From positions 124 to 32,576 of the forward strand of contig CAYLKW010000003.1 in NCBI GenBank assembly GCA_964384245.1: a stretch of 32,453 bases of DNA, written 5' to 3'. Within the stretch, counting starts at the first letter, position 1; every line of letters begins with the position of its first letter. This document shows positions 16,921 to 25,648 of this stretch, one piece after another. This stretch comes from an uncultured bacterium (GTDB lineage Bacteria; Sysuimicrobiota; Sysuimicrobiia; Sysuimicrobiales; Humicultoraceae). The translations under genes and the position numbers were made by a program. A model generated the notes under the pieces. That model was not told the DNA's origin. It saw only the letters and a list, made by a program, of their open reading frames with translations, and ran no database searches.

Positions 16921-17553
16921 GTGAGAACACCCATGGCCCCGGCCGCGGAACAGGCACGGGCATTCCCTGAAATCCTCGCGCTCGATGGCGGCGCCGCGCT
17001 GGCGGAGTACGAGATCGCTCCAGGCCTCGGCGCCTTCTCCGCGTACAGCCCCCGGCGCGCCCAGATCGTTCGCGAGACGCTTGGCAGGGCGCTTAGGGTT
17101 CCGGGCGGGGAGGCGTTCGTCGCGGTGCTCGGCGATGCCATCGTTGGCTACCTGCTGCTGGTGCCGGCCGGCATTGACCAACCCTGGGGCCGCTTGGGGG
17201 ACGCAAGCGTGCAGGAGATCGGCATCGAGGTAGCGCGCGGGCACAGGGGGCAGGGGATAGCCCAGGCGCTGCTCCGCCGCGCCTTCGCCCGGATGGAGGT
17301 CGAGTCGCGGATATGCGTGGCCACCGGCTATGTGTGGTGCTGGGACATCGAGGACACCGTCATCGAGGCCGGGATCTATGCCCACCGGCTGCTTGCCCTC
17401 TTTGAGCGGTTTGGGTTTTGCCGCGAGTGGACCAACGAGCCCAACGTGGCCCTGGAGCCGCTGAACTTCCTGGCGGTGCGCATCGGGCGTGACGTGCCCG
17501 CGGCGCTCGTCCGGCGCTTTCGTCTGGCGCAACGGGGCGAGCAGGTCGCCTGA
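16921..17553 (+). CDS. acuA: GNAT acetyltransferase, AcuA-like (acetyl-CoA synthetase acetyltransferase family)
   Basis: GNAT motif A (RGHRGQGIAQALL). ~210 aa with AcuA-like blocks (IVGYLLLVP...PWG, ATGYVWCWDI, NEPNVALEPLNFLAVRIGRDV), directly upstream of an AcuB-type gene. Start is GTG 16921 or ATG 16933. Confidence 0.65.
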   Translation: MRTPMAPAAEQARAFPEILALDGGAALAEYEIAPGLGAFSAYSPRRAQIVRETLGRALRVPGGEAFVAVLGDAIVGYLLLVPAGIDQPWGRLGDASVQEIGIEVARGHRGQGIAQALLRRAFARMEVESRICVATGYVWCWDIEDTVIEAGIYAHRLLALFERFGFCREWTNEPNVALEPLNFLAVRIGRDVPAALVRRFRLAQRGEQVA

Positions 17554-17563
17554 GGGAGCGACG

Positions 17564-18211
17564 ATGCGTGTTCGCACCCGCATGACGGCGCCGGCGCTGG
17601 TGATTGGGCCGGAGGCCCCTGCCTGGGAGGCGCTGGGGTTGATGCGACGGCACCACATTCGGCGCCTGCCGGTCGTTGACGGCGAGGCCGTGGTGGGGAT
17701 CATCACCTGGACCGACGCGGTCCGCGTGCACCCCCCGGCAGTTGAAGGTCCGCGGCGTACTCCCAGCCTGTCCGTGGGGGTGCTCGTGCGACACCTGATG
17801 GCTGCCGCGCCCGTCACGGTTGATCCGGAGGCCACGCTCGAGCAGGCGGCGGCCCTCATGCGCCGGCACAAGATCGGGGGGCTGCCGGTGGTCGAGGACG
17901 GCCGGCTGGTCGGCGTGATCACCGAGAGCGATCTGTTCGAGACCTTCACGGAGATGCTGGAAGCCGGTCCGCACGAGTCCAAGCTCCACGTGGCCGTGGG
18001 AAGCGTCGCCGTTGAACTGCCGCGGATCGTGTCCGGCCTGACCAGGGCCGGGATCCCCATCCTTGCGGTGCACACACTGCGCGCCTCAGGCGCGGAGGTC
18101 GTCGGACTCATTGTGCATGAGAACGATATGGAGCGCGCCCAGGAGGTGTTACACCGCCTCGCCCTCGAAACAGATGTCATGGAAGAGCAGGGGAGGGGGG
18201 ACCGCGCGTGA
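17564..18211 (+). CDS. acuB: CBS-CBS-ACT domain protein (AcuB-like), paralogue 2
   Basis: Two CBS repeats (IRRLPVVDGEAVVGIITWTD; KIGGLPVVEDGRLVGVITESDLFETF) plus an ACT-like tail. GAGGGAG precedes ATG 17564. The stop overlaps the next gene (GTGA). Confidence 0.75.
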   Translation: MRVRTRMTAPALVIGPEAPAWEALGLMRRHHIRRLPVVDGEAVVGIITWTDAVRVHPPAVEGPRRTPSLSVGVLVRHLMAAAPVTVDPEATLEQAAALMRRHKIGGLPVVEDGRLVGVITESDLFETFTEMLEAGPHESKLHVAVGSVAVELPRIVSGLTRAGIPILAVHTLRASGAEVVGLIVHENDMERAQEVLHRLALETDVMEEQGRGDRA

Positions 18212-18465
18212 CGACTGAGGTTGTCTCGCCGCAGAGGGTGCTCATCGCTGCCGAGCGGTGCAAAGGCTGCAGCCTCTGCGTGGCCGTATGCCCGCCTGGG
18301 ATTATGGAGTTGGGCTCGCTCAACCGCCTGGGGTACGCCGCCGTGCGCGTGACCGACCAGGCACGGTGCACTTCCTGCACGGCTTGCGCGCTGGTCTGCC
18401 CTGAGGTGGCGATCACGGTGCTGCGCCCCCGGAAAGCCCGCCAGAAGCAGGAGAGCAATCCATGA
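18208..18465 (+). CDS. 2-oxoacid:ferredoxin oxidoreductase delta subunit (2x[4Fe-4S] ferredoxin)
   Basis: 85 aa with [12 protein letters not shown] and [12 protein letters not shown]. Confidence 0.85.
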   Translation: MTTEVVSPQRVLIAAERCKGCSLCVAVCPPGIMELGSLNRLGYAAVRVTDQARCTSCTACALVCPEVAITVLRPRKARQKQESNP

Positions 18466-19514
18466 CGCGCACCCTAATGAAGGGAAACGAGGCGCTCGCG
18501 GAAGCGGCCATTCGCGCCGGCTGCCGGGCGTACTTCGGGTACCCGATCACGCCGCAGAACGAGGTGCCTGAGTACATGGCCCGCCACATGCCGCGGGCAG
18601 GTGGCGTTTTCGTCCAGGCCGAGAGCGAGATCGCGGCCATCAACATGGTCCACGGCGCTGCGGGTGCCGGCGTCCGCGCCATGGCCACCACCAGCAGCCC
18701 TGGCTTCAGCCTGATGACGGAAGGCCTTTCCTACATGATTGGCTCCCGTCTGCCGTGCGTCGTGGTCAACGTGATGCGCGGCGGTCCTGGGCTCGGCAAC
18801 ATCGCGCCCGCGCAGGGAGACTACTTTCAGGTTACCCGCGGGCTGGGGCACGGCGACACCCACGGCATAGTGCTGGCGCCGTCCACGGTACAGGAGATCG
18901 TTGACCTCATGGGCGTCGCGTTCGAGCTGGCCGAGCGCTACCGGCTGCCCGTGGTGATAGCCGCGGACGGCATCCTCGGGCAGATGATGGAGCCGGTGAC
19001 GCTACCCGAACCCATCGCGCCGCCGCCTCCTCCTGGCTGGGCGACGACCGGCGCGAAGGGAAGCCGTCGCGTGATCTCGTCCATCTACCTGGCCCCGGAA
19101 GAACTTGAGCAGCATGTCCTCTCCCTGATGAGGACCTACCAGGAGATCCGCGAGCGCGAGCAGCGATGGGAGGCCTACCGCGCCGACGATGCAGAGGTGC
19201 TTGTCGTGGCCTATGGCACGGCGGCCCGCGTCGCCCGCTCGGCCGTGGACCGCGTGCGTGCGCAGGGGCTTGCGGCCGGTTTGATCAGGCCAATCACCCT
19301 CTGGCCGTTCCCAACTTCCGCGTTCGAGAGATCGCCGCGCCGGTGGCTGGCCGTTGAGCTCAGCGCGGGGCAGATGGTGGAGGACGTTCGCCTTGCCGTC
19401 TCGGGCAGGGCGCCTGTCGGGTTGTACGGCCGCGTCGGCGGGGTGGTGCCTTCTCCGACGGAGGTGGTAGAGGCGATTCGGTCGGTCGTGGCCGGGGAGG
19501 TGGTCAGGGCATGA
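18462..19514 (+). CDS. 2-oxoacid:ferredoxin oxidoreductase alpha subunit (KorA/VorB-like)
   Basis: 350 aa. [29 protein letters not shown] start typical of the alpha subunits. ATGA overlaps on both sides. Substrate (2-oxoglutarate vs branched-chain 2-oxoacids) cannot be assigned by eye. Confidence 0.85.
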   Translation: MTRTLMKGNEALAEAAIRAGCRAYFGYPITPQNEVPEYMARHMPRAGGVFVQAESEIAAINMVHGAAGAGVRAMATTSSPGFSLMTEGLSYMIGSRLPCVVVNVMRGGPGLGNIAPAQGDYFQVTRGLGHGDTHGIVLAPSTVQEIVDLMGVAFELAERYRLPVVIAADGILGQMMEPVTLPEPIAPPPPPGWATTGAKGSRRVISSIYLAPEELEQHVLSLMRTYQEIREREQRWEAYRADDAEVLVVAYGTAARVARSAVDRVRAQGLAAGLIRPITLWPFPTSAFERSPRRWLAVELSAGQMVEDVRLAVSGRAPVGLYGRVGGVVPSPTEVVEAIRSVVAGEVVRA

Positions 19515-20272
19515 TCCATGACATGGTTGAGGTTACCGCCAGGCCCCGCTCGCTGGTGGACGTGCCCCTGCACTACTGCCCGGGCTGCACGCACGGCATC
19601 ATTCACCGCCTGGTGGCCGAGGCGATTGAAAGCCTCGGCATCCGGGAGCGGACCATAGGCGTTGCGTCGGTTGGGTGCTCGGTCTTCATCTACAACTACC
19701 TCGACGTGGACTTCCAGCAGGCGCCACACGGCCGGGCTCCGGCGGTTGCCACGGGCATCAAGCGCGTGCTCCCCGACCGCGCTGTGTTCACCTACCAGGG
19801 CGACGGCGATCTAGCCTCGATAGGCACCGCCGAGATCCTCCATGCCGCCGCGCGGGGTGAACGCATCACGGTCATCTTCGTGAACAACGCGATCTACGGC
19901 ATGACCGGCGGTCAGATGGCGCCGACCTCGCTGTCTGGAATGAAGACCACGACGACCCCATATGGCAGGGACGTCGGCCAGGCGGGCGGGGCGCTGCGTG
20001 TGGCCGAACTCCTGGCCGGGATTGACGGCGTGGCGTATGCCGCACGCGAAGCGGTCACAAGCCCGGCCCGCATCCACCGGGCTCGACGCGCGGTCGAGGC
20101 CGCGTTCAAGGCGCAGCTTGAGGACAGGGGTTTGGGCATCGTCGAGCTGCTCTCGACCTGTCCGGTGAACTGGAAGCTCCCGCCGGTTGAGGCCATCGCG
20201 TGGTGCGAGGCCAACATGATCCCCGCCTTCCCGCTGGGCGTCCTCAAGGACACCACCAGATGCGGGGAGTAG
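19511..20272 (+). CDS. 2-oxoacid:ferredoxin oxidoreductase beta subunit (TPP-binding)
   Basis: YCPGCTHG Cys motif and TPP motif GDGDLASIG...[11 protein letters not shown]. Confidence 0.9.
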   Translation: MIHDMVEVTARPRSLVDVPLHYCPGCTHGIIHRLVAEAIESLGIRERTIGVASVGCSVFIYNYLDVDFQQAPHGRAPAVATGIKRVLPDRAVFTYQGDGDLASIGTAEILHAAARGERITVIFVNNAIYGMTGGQMAPTSLSGMKTTTTPYGRDVGQAGGALRVAELLAGIDGVAYAAREAVTSPARIHRARRAVEAAFKAQLEDRGLGIVELLSTCPVNWKLPPVEAIAWCEANMIPAFPLGVLKDTTRCGE

Positions 20273-20276
20273 CCGC

Positions 20277-20816
20277 ATGGCCGTTCACGAGATAGTGATA
20301 GCCGGATTCGGGGGGCAGGGCGTGCTGTTCCTGGGAGAGGTCCTGGCGCAGGCGGCCCTCACCGAAGGGCGCGACGTCACCTGGCTGCCCGCGTACGGGC
20401 CGGAGCAGCGGGGCGGCACCGCGTACTGCACGGTGGTGATCAGCAGCGAACCCATTGGCTCGCCCGTGGTCTCCGACCCAACCGTGATGATTGCAATGAA
20501 CCGACCCTCGCTGGACCGGTTTGAGCCCTCGGTCCGGCCGGGAGGCCTCATCGTGTGCGACAGCACGCTGACGGGGCGAGCTCCTGAGCGCACCGACGTG
20601 CGCGCCGTTGCGGTGCCGGCGACGGCTATCGCCGCCGAACTGGGCGCCCCGCGGGCGGCCAACGTCGTGCTGCTCGGCGCCACGATAGCCGCGAGGCCGA
20701 TCCTGGCTGCCGAGAGCGTGCGCGCGGCCCTGGACGGGATGGTGACGGACCTCCAGGTGAGGGCGCGCAACGTAGCCGCGTTCGAGCGCGGCGCGCGCGA
20801 GGGCTCCGGCCCGTGA
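20277..20816 (+). CDS. 2-oxoacid:ferredoxin oxidoreductase gamma subunit
   Basis: 179 aa. IAGFGGQGVLFLGEVLA motif and PEQRGGTAY, typical of the gamma subunit. Confidence 0.85.
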   Translation: MAVHEIVIAGFGGQGVLFLGEVLAQAALTEGRDVTWLPAYGPEQRGGTAYCTVVISSEPIGSPVVSDPTVMIAMNRPSLDRFEPSVRPGGLIVCDSTLTGRAPERTDVRAVAVPATAIAAELGAPRAANVVLLGATIAARPILAAESVRAALDGMVTDLQVRARNVAAFERGAREGSGP

Positions 20817-21499
20817 CGCAGGTCCAGGACGGCGCCCCAGGGGGCCCCAGGATCATCCGGCTCATTGTGGCCGACGACCACGCCATCGTGCGGGAGGGTA
20901 TCAGACGCCTGCTCCAGGCCGAGCCGGACATCGAGGTTGTGGGAGAGGCGGGCGACGGCGTGGCGGCCGTGGAACTGGCCCAGAGCCTCAAGCCCGACGT
21001 GGTGTGCCTGGACGTCAGCATGCCAAGGATGAACGGGGTGGAGGCGACCCGGCGCATCAGGGCCGCCCTGCCGAGCATCGGCGTGGTCATCCTGACCATG
21101 CACGAGGACGAGGACTACGTCTTCGAGCTGGTGAAGGCGGGCGCATCGGGCTACGTCTTGAAGCGGGCCAGCGCCCGCGACCTGGTGGATGCCGTGCACG
21201 CCGTGGCCGGAGGCCACACCTTCCTGCACCCAATGATCGCGCGGCGCCTGGTCGCGGATCACGACACGGCCAGCAGCCGCGACGAAGAGCGCCGCCGGTT
21301 CGACGGACTGACGGAACGGGAACGCGAGGTCGTACGCCTGATCGCCGACGGCCTTACCAACAGGGAGATTGCGGAACGGCTGCACATCAGCGTCAAGACC
21401 GTGGAGACCCATCGCACGCACATCATGGAGAAGCTCGATCTACACGACCGCGCACACCTGGTGCGCTACGCGGTTCGGAAGGGGCTGGTCACCGCATGA
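20813..21499 (+). CDS. NarL/FixJ-family response regulator (REC + LuxR-type HTH)
   Basis: REC motifs (IVADDH, phospho-acceptor in VCLDVSMP, ILTMH, YVLK) and a LuxR HTH (LTEREREVVRLIADGLTNREIAERLHISVKTVETHRTHIMEKL). GTGA and ATGA overlaps with its neighbours. No histidine kinase in the window. Confidence 0.9.
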   Translation: MTQVQDGAPGGPRIIRLIVADDHAIVREGIRRLLQAEPDIEVVGEAGDGVAAVELAQSLKPDVVCLDVSMPRMNGVEATRRIRAALPSIGVVILTMHEDEDYVFELVKAGASGYVLKRASARDLVDAVHAVAGGHTFLHPMIARRLVADHDTASSRDEERRRFDGLTEREREVVRLIADGLTNREIAERLHISVKTVETHRTHIMEKLDLHDRAHLVRYAVRKGLVTA

Positions 21500-22185
21500 G
21501 CACCCGCCAGGACGCGCCGATTCCAGAGGGGGCGCTGGCAGGGCGCATCGAGCACTCGATCCTGGCGCCCGAAGCCGGCCAGGCCGACGTGGAAGCGGGC
21601 TGCGCCGTGGCGCGTGCCCGGGGGGTTCGCGCCGTGGTGGTCAAGCCGGTGCACGTCGCCTTGGCCCGGAGGTTGCTGGAGGGAAGCGCGATCCGCGTGG
21701 TGAGCGTGATAGGGTTCCCCCACGGCAACTCGACCCCGAATGTGAAGGCACTGGAGGTCTCTGCCGCGGTCCGCGACGGCGCCGATGAGGTGGACGTCGT
21801 GGTGAACATCGGCGCGCTGTGCGAGGGCCGATGGGAGGTCACGCAGGAGGAGCTCCAGGAGGTTGTTGCCGCGGCCGACGGTCGTCCGGTGAAGGTGATC
21901 CTGGAAACCGCGCTGCTGACCGATGCCGCCAAGATCCAGGCGTGCGGACTGGCGGCGGCCTCCGGCGCGGCCTACGTGAAGACTTCCACGGGATTTGGCA
22001 GGGCAGGGGCAACGGTAGTTGACGTGGCCCTGCTGCGCCGTACCGTGGGTTCTGGAATGGGCGTAAAGGCCTCGGGCGGGATCCGCACGCTGGCGGATGC
22101 GACGGCCATGATCCAAGCGGGCGCCGACCTCATCGGAACAAGTCAGACCGAAGCGATACTGAACGAGGCTGGCTCCGTAGCCTGA
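21496..22185 (+). CDS. deoC: Deoxyribose-phosphate aldolase
   Basis: 229 aa. IGFPHG, VKVILET and YVKTSTGF (Schiff-base Lys) motifs. Start is ATG 21496; the track start 21004 lies in another gene's territory. Confidence 0.9.
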   Translation: MSTRQDAPIPEGALAGRIEHSILAPEAGQADVEAGCAVARARGVRAVVVKPVHVALARRLLEGSAIRVVSVIGFPHGNSTPNVKALEVSAAVRDGADEVDVVVNIGALCEGRWEVTQEELQEVVAAADGRPVKVILETALLTDAAKIQACGLAAASGAAYVKTSTGFGRAGATVVDVALLRRTVGSGMGVKASGGIRTLADATAMIQAGADLIGTSQTEAILNEAGSVA

Positions 22186-22200
22186 CGGTGCGCGACGCGG

Positions 22201-22225
22201 CCTCCGCCGGGCCCTCCGGCAGAGG
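22201..22225 (+). terminator. Stem-loop downstream of deoC (CCTCCGCCGG-gccct-CCGGCAGAGG)
   Basis: 10-bp stem with one mismatch, 16 nt after the deoC stop, followed by AAAAGG rather than a T-tract. Candidate transcript end or processing site only. Confidence 0.25.
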
Positions 22226-22260
22226 AAAAGGCCAGACCTGCCCTGAAGTATGGGGGCGCG

Positions 22261-22662
22261 ATGGCGGATGAAGATCGCGCCCCTACTGGCGAGCCCTCCG
22301 GAGATCTGCTGCGCCGGCTGCTTGCCGACGCTGCCGCCCTGGGCGGTGTGTACGGACGCGCCGTACGGGAACACCTGCACGCCCTTGCGAAGGACTTTGC
22401 CTTTGCCGCGCTCATGATTGGCATCGCGGTCGCGCTGGGAGTGATGGCCATAGGCTTGGCAGTCGCCGCGCTCGTGTTGGTGGCCGCGATCTGGCTACCA
22501 GGATGGCTGGCCGCCCTCGTGGTCTTGGGCGTCATGATAACCGCGATGGGCGTCCTGCTGTCGCTCGGCAAGGTCCGGCTGCGGCGGCGGAGGGCGGCCT
22601 GGGCGGCGCGCGTGGCCGAGGAGATCCGTTGGCTGCAGACCCTATTCCCACGCCGGAGCTAG
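22261..22662 (+). CDS. Small membrane protein, holin-X / 'phage holin family' (DUF1469)-like
   Basis: 133 aa. Amphipathic N-terminus (SGDLLRRLLADAAAL), two long TM helices separated by LPGW, and a basic C-terminus (RLRRRRAAWAARV). The family call is from memory of the architecture. Confidence 0.5.
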   Translation: MADEDRAPTGEPSGDLLRRLLADAAALGGVYGRAVREHLHALAKDFAFAALMIGIAVALGVMAIGLAVAALVLVAAIWLPGWLAALVVLGVMITAMGVLLSLGKVRLRRRRAAWAARVAEEIRWLQTLFPRRS

Positions 22663-22952
22663 CCGCGCTCCACCACCGCATCGGTCGAGACCTTGCTGAA
22701 CTGCGCCTCCGGTTGCGCAGAGGGGCCATCACAGCTGGAACCGTGCCCGGCGACCTGCTGGAGGCGGTGACAAAGGTTGTGCGCGCCCTCCGCCTGGGTC
22801 CTGTCATCTCGGAGCGCGTGGGCATTGCCTGGATCGCCGCTCTGGGCGCGGCCGCCGGAGTGGCGGCAGGACGGCACTTGCGGGCCCGGTACATACAGTG
22901 GCGGCCGGCAGGCCCGGGGTCTATAATGAGGTCTGGAGGTAACCCAAGATGA
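22629..22952 (+). CDS. Hypothetical small protein (coiled-coil N-terminus + C-terminal hydrophobic helix; DUF3618-like?)
   Basis: In-frame TTG 22629 preceded by GAGGAG (22618-22623, 5-nt spacer). The stop TGA overlaps the tatA ATG (ATGA). Contains ELAALHHRIGRDLAELRLRL and IAWIAALGAAAGVAAG. The start is uncertain and this may not be a real gene. Confidence 0.3.
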   Translation: MAADPIPTPELAALHHRIGRDLAELRLRLRRGAITAGTVPGDLLEAVTKVVRALRLGPVISERVGIAWIAALGAAAGVAAGRHLRARYIQWRPAGPGSIMRSGGNPR

Positions 22953-23158
22953 CAGGATTCGTACCGCCGGCAATTATCGGCAACGTGGGTCCCCTGGAGA
23001 TGCTTGTTATCCTTTTGATCCTGCTGCTTCTGTTCGGAGCCAGCCGGCTCGCGGGCCTAGGAGCAGCGGCCGGGAAGACGATTAAGGAGTTCCGCAAGGC
23101 GATCCGTGACGTAGAGGACGACGTGAACGAGACGAGACCGTCGAAGCCGGACGCCTAG
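22949..23158 (+). CDS. tatA: Twin-arginine translocase subunit TatA/E
   Basis: LEMLVILLILLLLFGASRLAGLGAAAGKTIKEFRKA matches the TatA TM + hinge FG + amphipathic helix. Alternative start at GTG 22985. Confidence 0.85.
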   Translation: MTGFVPPAIIGNVGPLEMLVILLILLLLFGASRLAGLGAAAGKTIKEFRKAIRDVEDDVNETRPSKPDA

Positions 23159-23163
23159 ACCCC

Positions 23164-23898
23164 ATGCACGACCGTCCGATGACGATCGTGGAGCACCTGG
23201 AGGAGCTGCGGCGGCGGCTCCTCATCGCGTTTGCCGCTTTGGGCGTGGGTGCGGCGATTGGGTTTGCCTTTGTGGACCGTGTGCTCGATCTGCTCATCCG
23301 CCAACTCCAAGTTCCGCAAGTCGTCTTCTTCGCCCCGGCGGAGGCGCTGTTTATCCGCATCAAGATAGCCCTCCTGCTGGGCGTCTTCGTCGGCCTGCCG
23401 GTGATCCTCTACCAGCTCTGGGCGTTCATCGCCGTGGGCCTCACGGGGACCGAGCGGCGCGCGGTGATGGGACTGCTGCCGCCCTCGCTGGTGCTATTCG
23501 CGCTGGGCGCGGCGTTCGGGCTCTTCGTGATCATGCCCGTGGGCGTCCGGGTCCTGCTGGGGTACCAGACCGAGAAGCTGCAGCCGATGCTGGCGGTTGG
23601 GCCGGCGCTCTCGTTCCTGATGGCGTTCGTGCTGGCGTTCGGGTTCATCTTCCAACTCCCAATCGTAGTGGTCTTCCTGGCCCGCATGGGCATAGTCTCG
23701 CCTGCCACGCTGGCAGCGGGCCGCCGGTACGCCATAGTCGGCATCGTCGTGCTATCCGCGGTACTGACGCCCGGGACCGACGTGGTCTCCCAGATGCTCA
23801 TGGCAGTGCCGACGTACGCGCTCTATGAGATCAGTATCTGGCTGGCGCGATTGGTCACTCCGCGGCCGGCCTCGAGCGTTCAGGCCTACGTCGAGTAG
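23164..23898 (+). CDS. tatC: Twin-arginine translocase subunit TatC
   Basis: 244 aa, six TM segments. N-terminal MTIVEHLEELRRRL and the later LTPGTDVVSQ motif, typical of TatC. Confidence 0.9.
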   Translation: MHDRPMTIVEHLEELRRRLLIAFAALGVGAAIGFAFVDRVLDLLIRQLQVPQVVFFAPAEALFIRIKIALLLGVFVGLPVILYQLWAFIAVGLTGTERRAVMGLLPPSLVLFALGAAFGLFVIMPVGVRVLLGYQTEKLQPMLAVGPALSFLMAFVLAFGFIFQLPIVVVFLARMGIVSPATLAAGRRYAIVGIVVLSAVLTPGTDVVSQMLMAVPTYALYEISIWLARLVTPRPASSVQAYVE

Positions 23899-23907
23899 AG
23901 GTGAGCG

Positions 23908-24168
23908 ATGGCCCGTCGCACCCGCAATCCCTGGTGGGTCCTGTTTGTGGTCATCCTGTTTGGCGGACTGCTGGGCAGCGTCATAGCCGAGGCGGTGGTC
24001 GGCTACCCGGTGCTCGGTTTCCTGGCGCGCGAGGTCCGCGCCGGCGTTGACCCTCCACTTACCCTGGACCTGCGCATCATAAGCCTGACCGCCGGCGGGA
24101 TAGTCCGGCTAAACCTGGCCATGCTGCTGGGCGTGGTGATCGCGGTCTGGATCTACCGGTTGTTGTAG
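23908..24168 (+). CDS. Small membrane protein (DUF4321-like)
   Basis: 86 aa, two TM helices with a central LTLDLRIISLTAGG segment. It sits in the position usually held by DUF4321 genes upstream of maf-radC-mreB in Firmicutes-like genomes. Confidence 0.55.
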   Translation: MARRTRNPWWVLFVVILFGGLLGSVIAEAVVGYPVLGFLAREVRAGVDPPLTLDLRIISLTAGGIVRLNLAMLLGVVIAVWIYRLL

Positions 24169-24182
24169 CCCCCCATCCCGGC

Positions 24183-24191
24183 TGATATACT
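24183..24191 (+). promoter_or_regulatory. Candidate extended -10 promoter element (TGaTATACT) upstream of maf
   Basis: TGnTATACT in the 32-nt spacer. If it is used, the maf start is more likely GTG 24231 (GGGGGA 4 nt upstream) than GTG 24201. Confidence 0.3.
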
Positions 24192-24200
24192 TGCCCCGAT

Positions 24201-24842
24201 GTGAACGTTTCGGCCCCTTTGGGGGACAGGGTGCCGCTGCTGGTGCTGGCTTCCGCCTCTCCCCGGCGCGTTGAGCTCCTGCGTCAGGTCGGGTGGTCCT
24301 TCGAGATCGCCGCGACGGTCCCTGAGGAGGAGACGCTGGGGGTGGCTACGGCAGGCGAGGGCGGCCAGGGATGGAGCCTGGATCAGGTGCGGGCGCGCGC
24401 GCGCCGGGCTGCGCTGGAGAAGGCCAGACCCGTCAGCGAAGCGCGGCCGGACGCGGTGGTCATCGCCGCCGACACGGTGGTGATGGTAGATGGGATCGTG
24501 CTTGGGAAGCCAACGACGGCGGATGAGGCGGTGGAGATGCTCCATCGCCTCTCGGGTCGCACGCACCACGTGACCACCGGTGTCGTCGTCGCCCACGGCC
24601 GCCGTGGCGTGACGCTGGCTGATGATTCCACCACCGCGGTGCAGTTCCGGGCGTTGCCTCCGGAGGAGGTCCTCCGGTATGTCGCGTCCGGCGAGCCGAT
24701 GGATAAGGCGGGGGCGTACGGCATTCAGGGCCGTGCGGCGCTCTTCGTGGAGAAGCTGGAGGGGGACTACTTCACGGTGGTGGGTCTCCCGCTGGCGCGG
24801 TTGGCGCGCATGCTCGAGACGATCGGCGTGCGCCCGGCCTAA
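24201..24842 (+). CDS. maf: Maf-family nucleoside triphosphate pyrophosphatase
   Basis: LVLASASPRRVELL, VIAADTVV, GKP, DKAGAYGIQG, GDYFTVVGLP motifs. Confidence 0.9.
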   Translation: MNVSAPLGDRVPLLVLASASPRRVELLRQVGWSFEIAATVPEEETLGVATAGEGGQGWSLDQVRARARRAALEKARPVSEARPDAVVIAADTVVMVDGIVLGKPTTADEAVEMLHRLSGRTHHVTTGVVVAHGRRGVTLADDSTTAVQFRALPPEEVLRYVASGEPMDKAGAYGIQGRAALFVEKLEGDYFTVVGLPLARLARMLETIGVRPA

Positions 24843-24927
24843 CTCCACCAGCCGCTCCGGTCCAGCCCGCCGCCTCCGGCGCGGGGGCGAACGGGTATCC
24901 CCAAGTGGCGCTGGAACCGGAGCGTTG

Positions 24928-25626
24928 ATGGTGGTGGCTGGCGGGCTGTCCGTCAAACTGCTTCCCCCAGAAGACCGACCCAGGGAACGCCTCCTGCGCA
25001 GCGGCGCTGAGGGGTTGTCCTCAGTTGATCTCCTGACGGTGCTGCTACGGACCGGCACGCGGTCCTCGTGCGCGACCGAGGTCGCGGGCGAGTTGCTGGC
25101 GTCCTACGGCTCGCTTCAGGCCCTCAGCCAGGCAGGGCCGGACGAACTACTGCGGCAGTGCGGGATAGGTCCGGCCAAGGCCGGGGCAGTACTCGCGGCG
25201 TTTGAGCTGGGACGGCGGGCGCAGGCTACGCCGCCGGCACGCCGGCCTGCGGTCAGGGCGCCGGGGGATGTGGCAGCGCTGTTGGCCGGGCAGATGCGGC
25301 ACCTGGACCGGGAGCACTTCCGGGCCGTGCTCCTAAACACGCGCCACGAGGTTCTAGACGTTACCAGCGTGGCCGTCGGAGGGTTGGACAGCGCCCCGAT
25401 CCACCCGCGCGAGGTGTTCAAGGAGGCCATAAGGAGAAGTGCGGCCGCGGTCATCCTGGTGCACAACCACCCCTCGGGCACGCCCGAGCCCAGCGGGGAC
25501 GACCTGCGCATTACCGCGCGGCTGGCCGAAGCCGGGCGCGTTGTGGGCATAGAAGTCCTTGACCACGTCATCATCGGTGACGGACGCTTTGTGAGTTTGC
25601 GGGAACGCGGCGCGCTGGCGGGCTGA
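24928..25626 (+). CDS. radC: RadC-family JAB/MPN-domain protein
   Basis: N-terminal [23 protein letters not shown] (HhH region) and a C-terminal JAMM motif ([16 protein letters not shown]). Start is ATG 24928; TTG 24925 is also in frame. Confidence 0.9.
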   Translation: MVVAGGLSVKLLPPEDRPRERLLRSGAEGLSSVDLLTVLLRTGTRSSCATEVAGELLASYGSLQALSQAGPDELLRQCGIGPAKAGAVLAAFELGRRAQATPPARRPAVRAPGDVAALLAGQMRHLDREHFRAVLLNTRHEVLDVTSVAVGGLDSAPIHPREVFKEAIRRSAAAVILVHNHPSGTPEPSGDDLRITARLAEAGRVVGIEVLDHVIIGDGRFVSLRERGALAG

Positions 25627-25648
25627 CGCCTGCGCCGAGGAGGCAGAG

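Noticed and set aside
24928-25626. RadC/JAB protein as a possible mobile-element or anti-restriction/defence component
   Set aside because: It sits in the canonical housekeeping maf-radC-mreBCD context, with no integrase, phage or toxin genes nearby.
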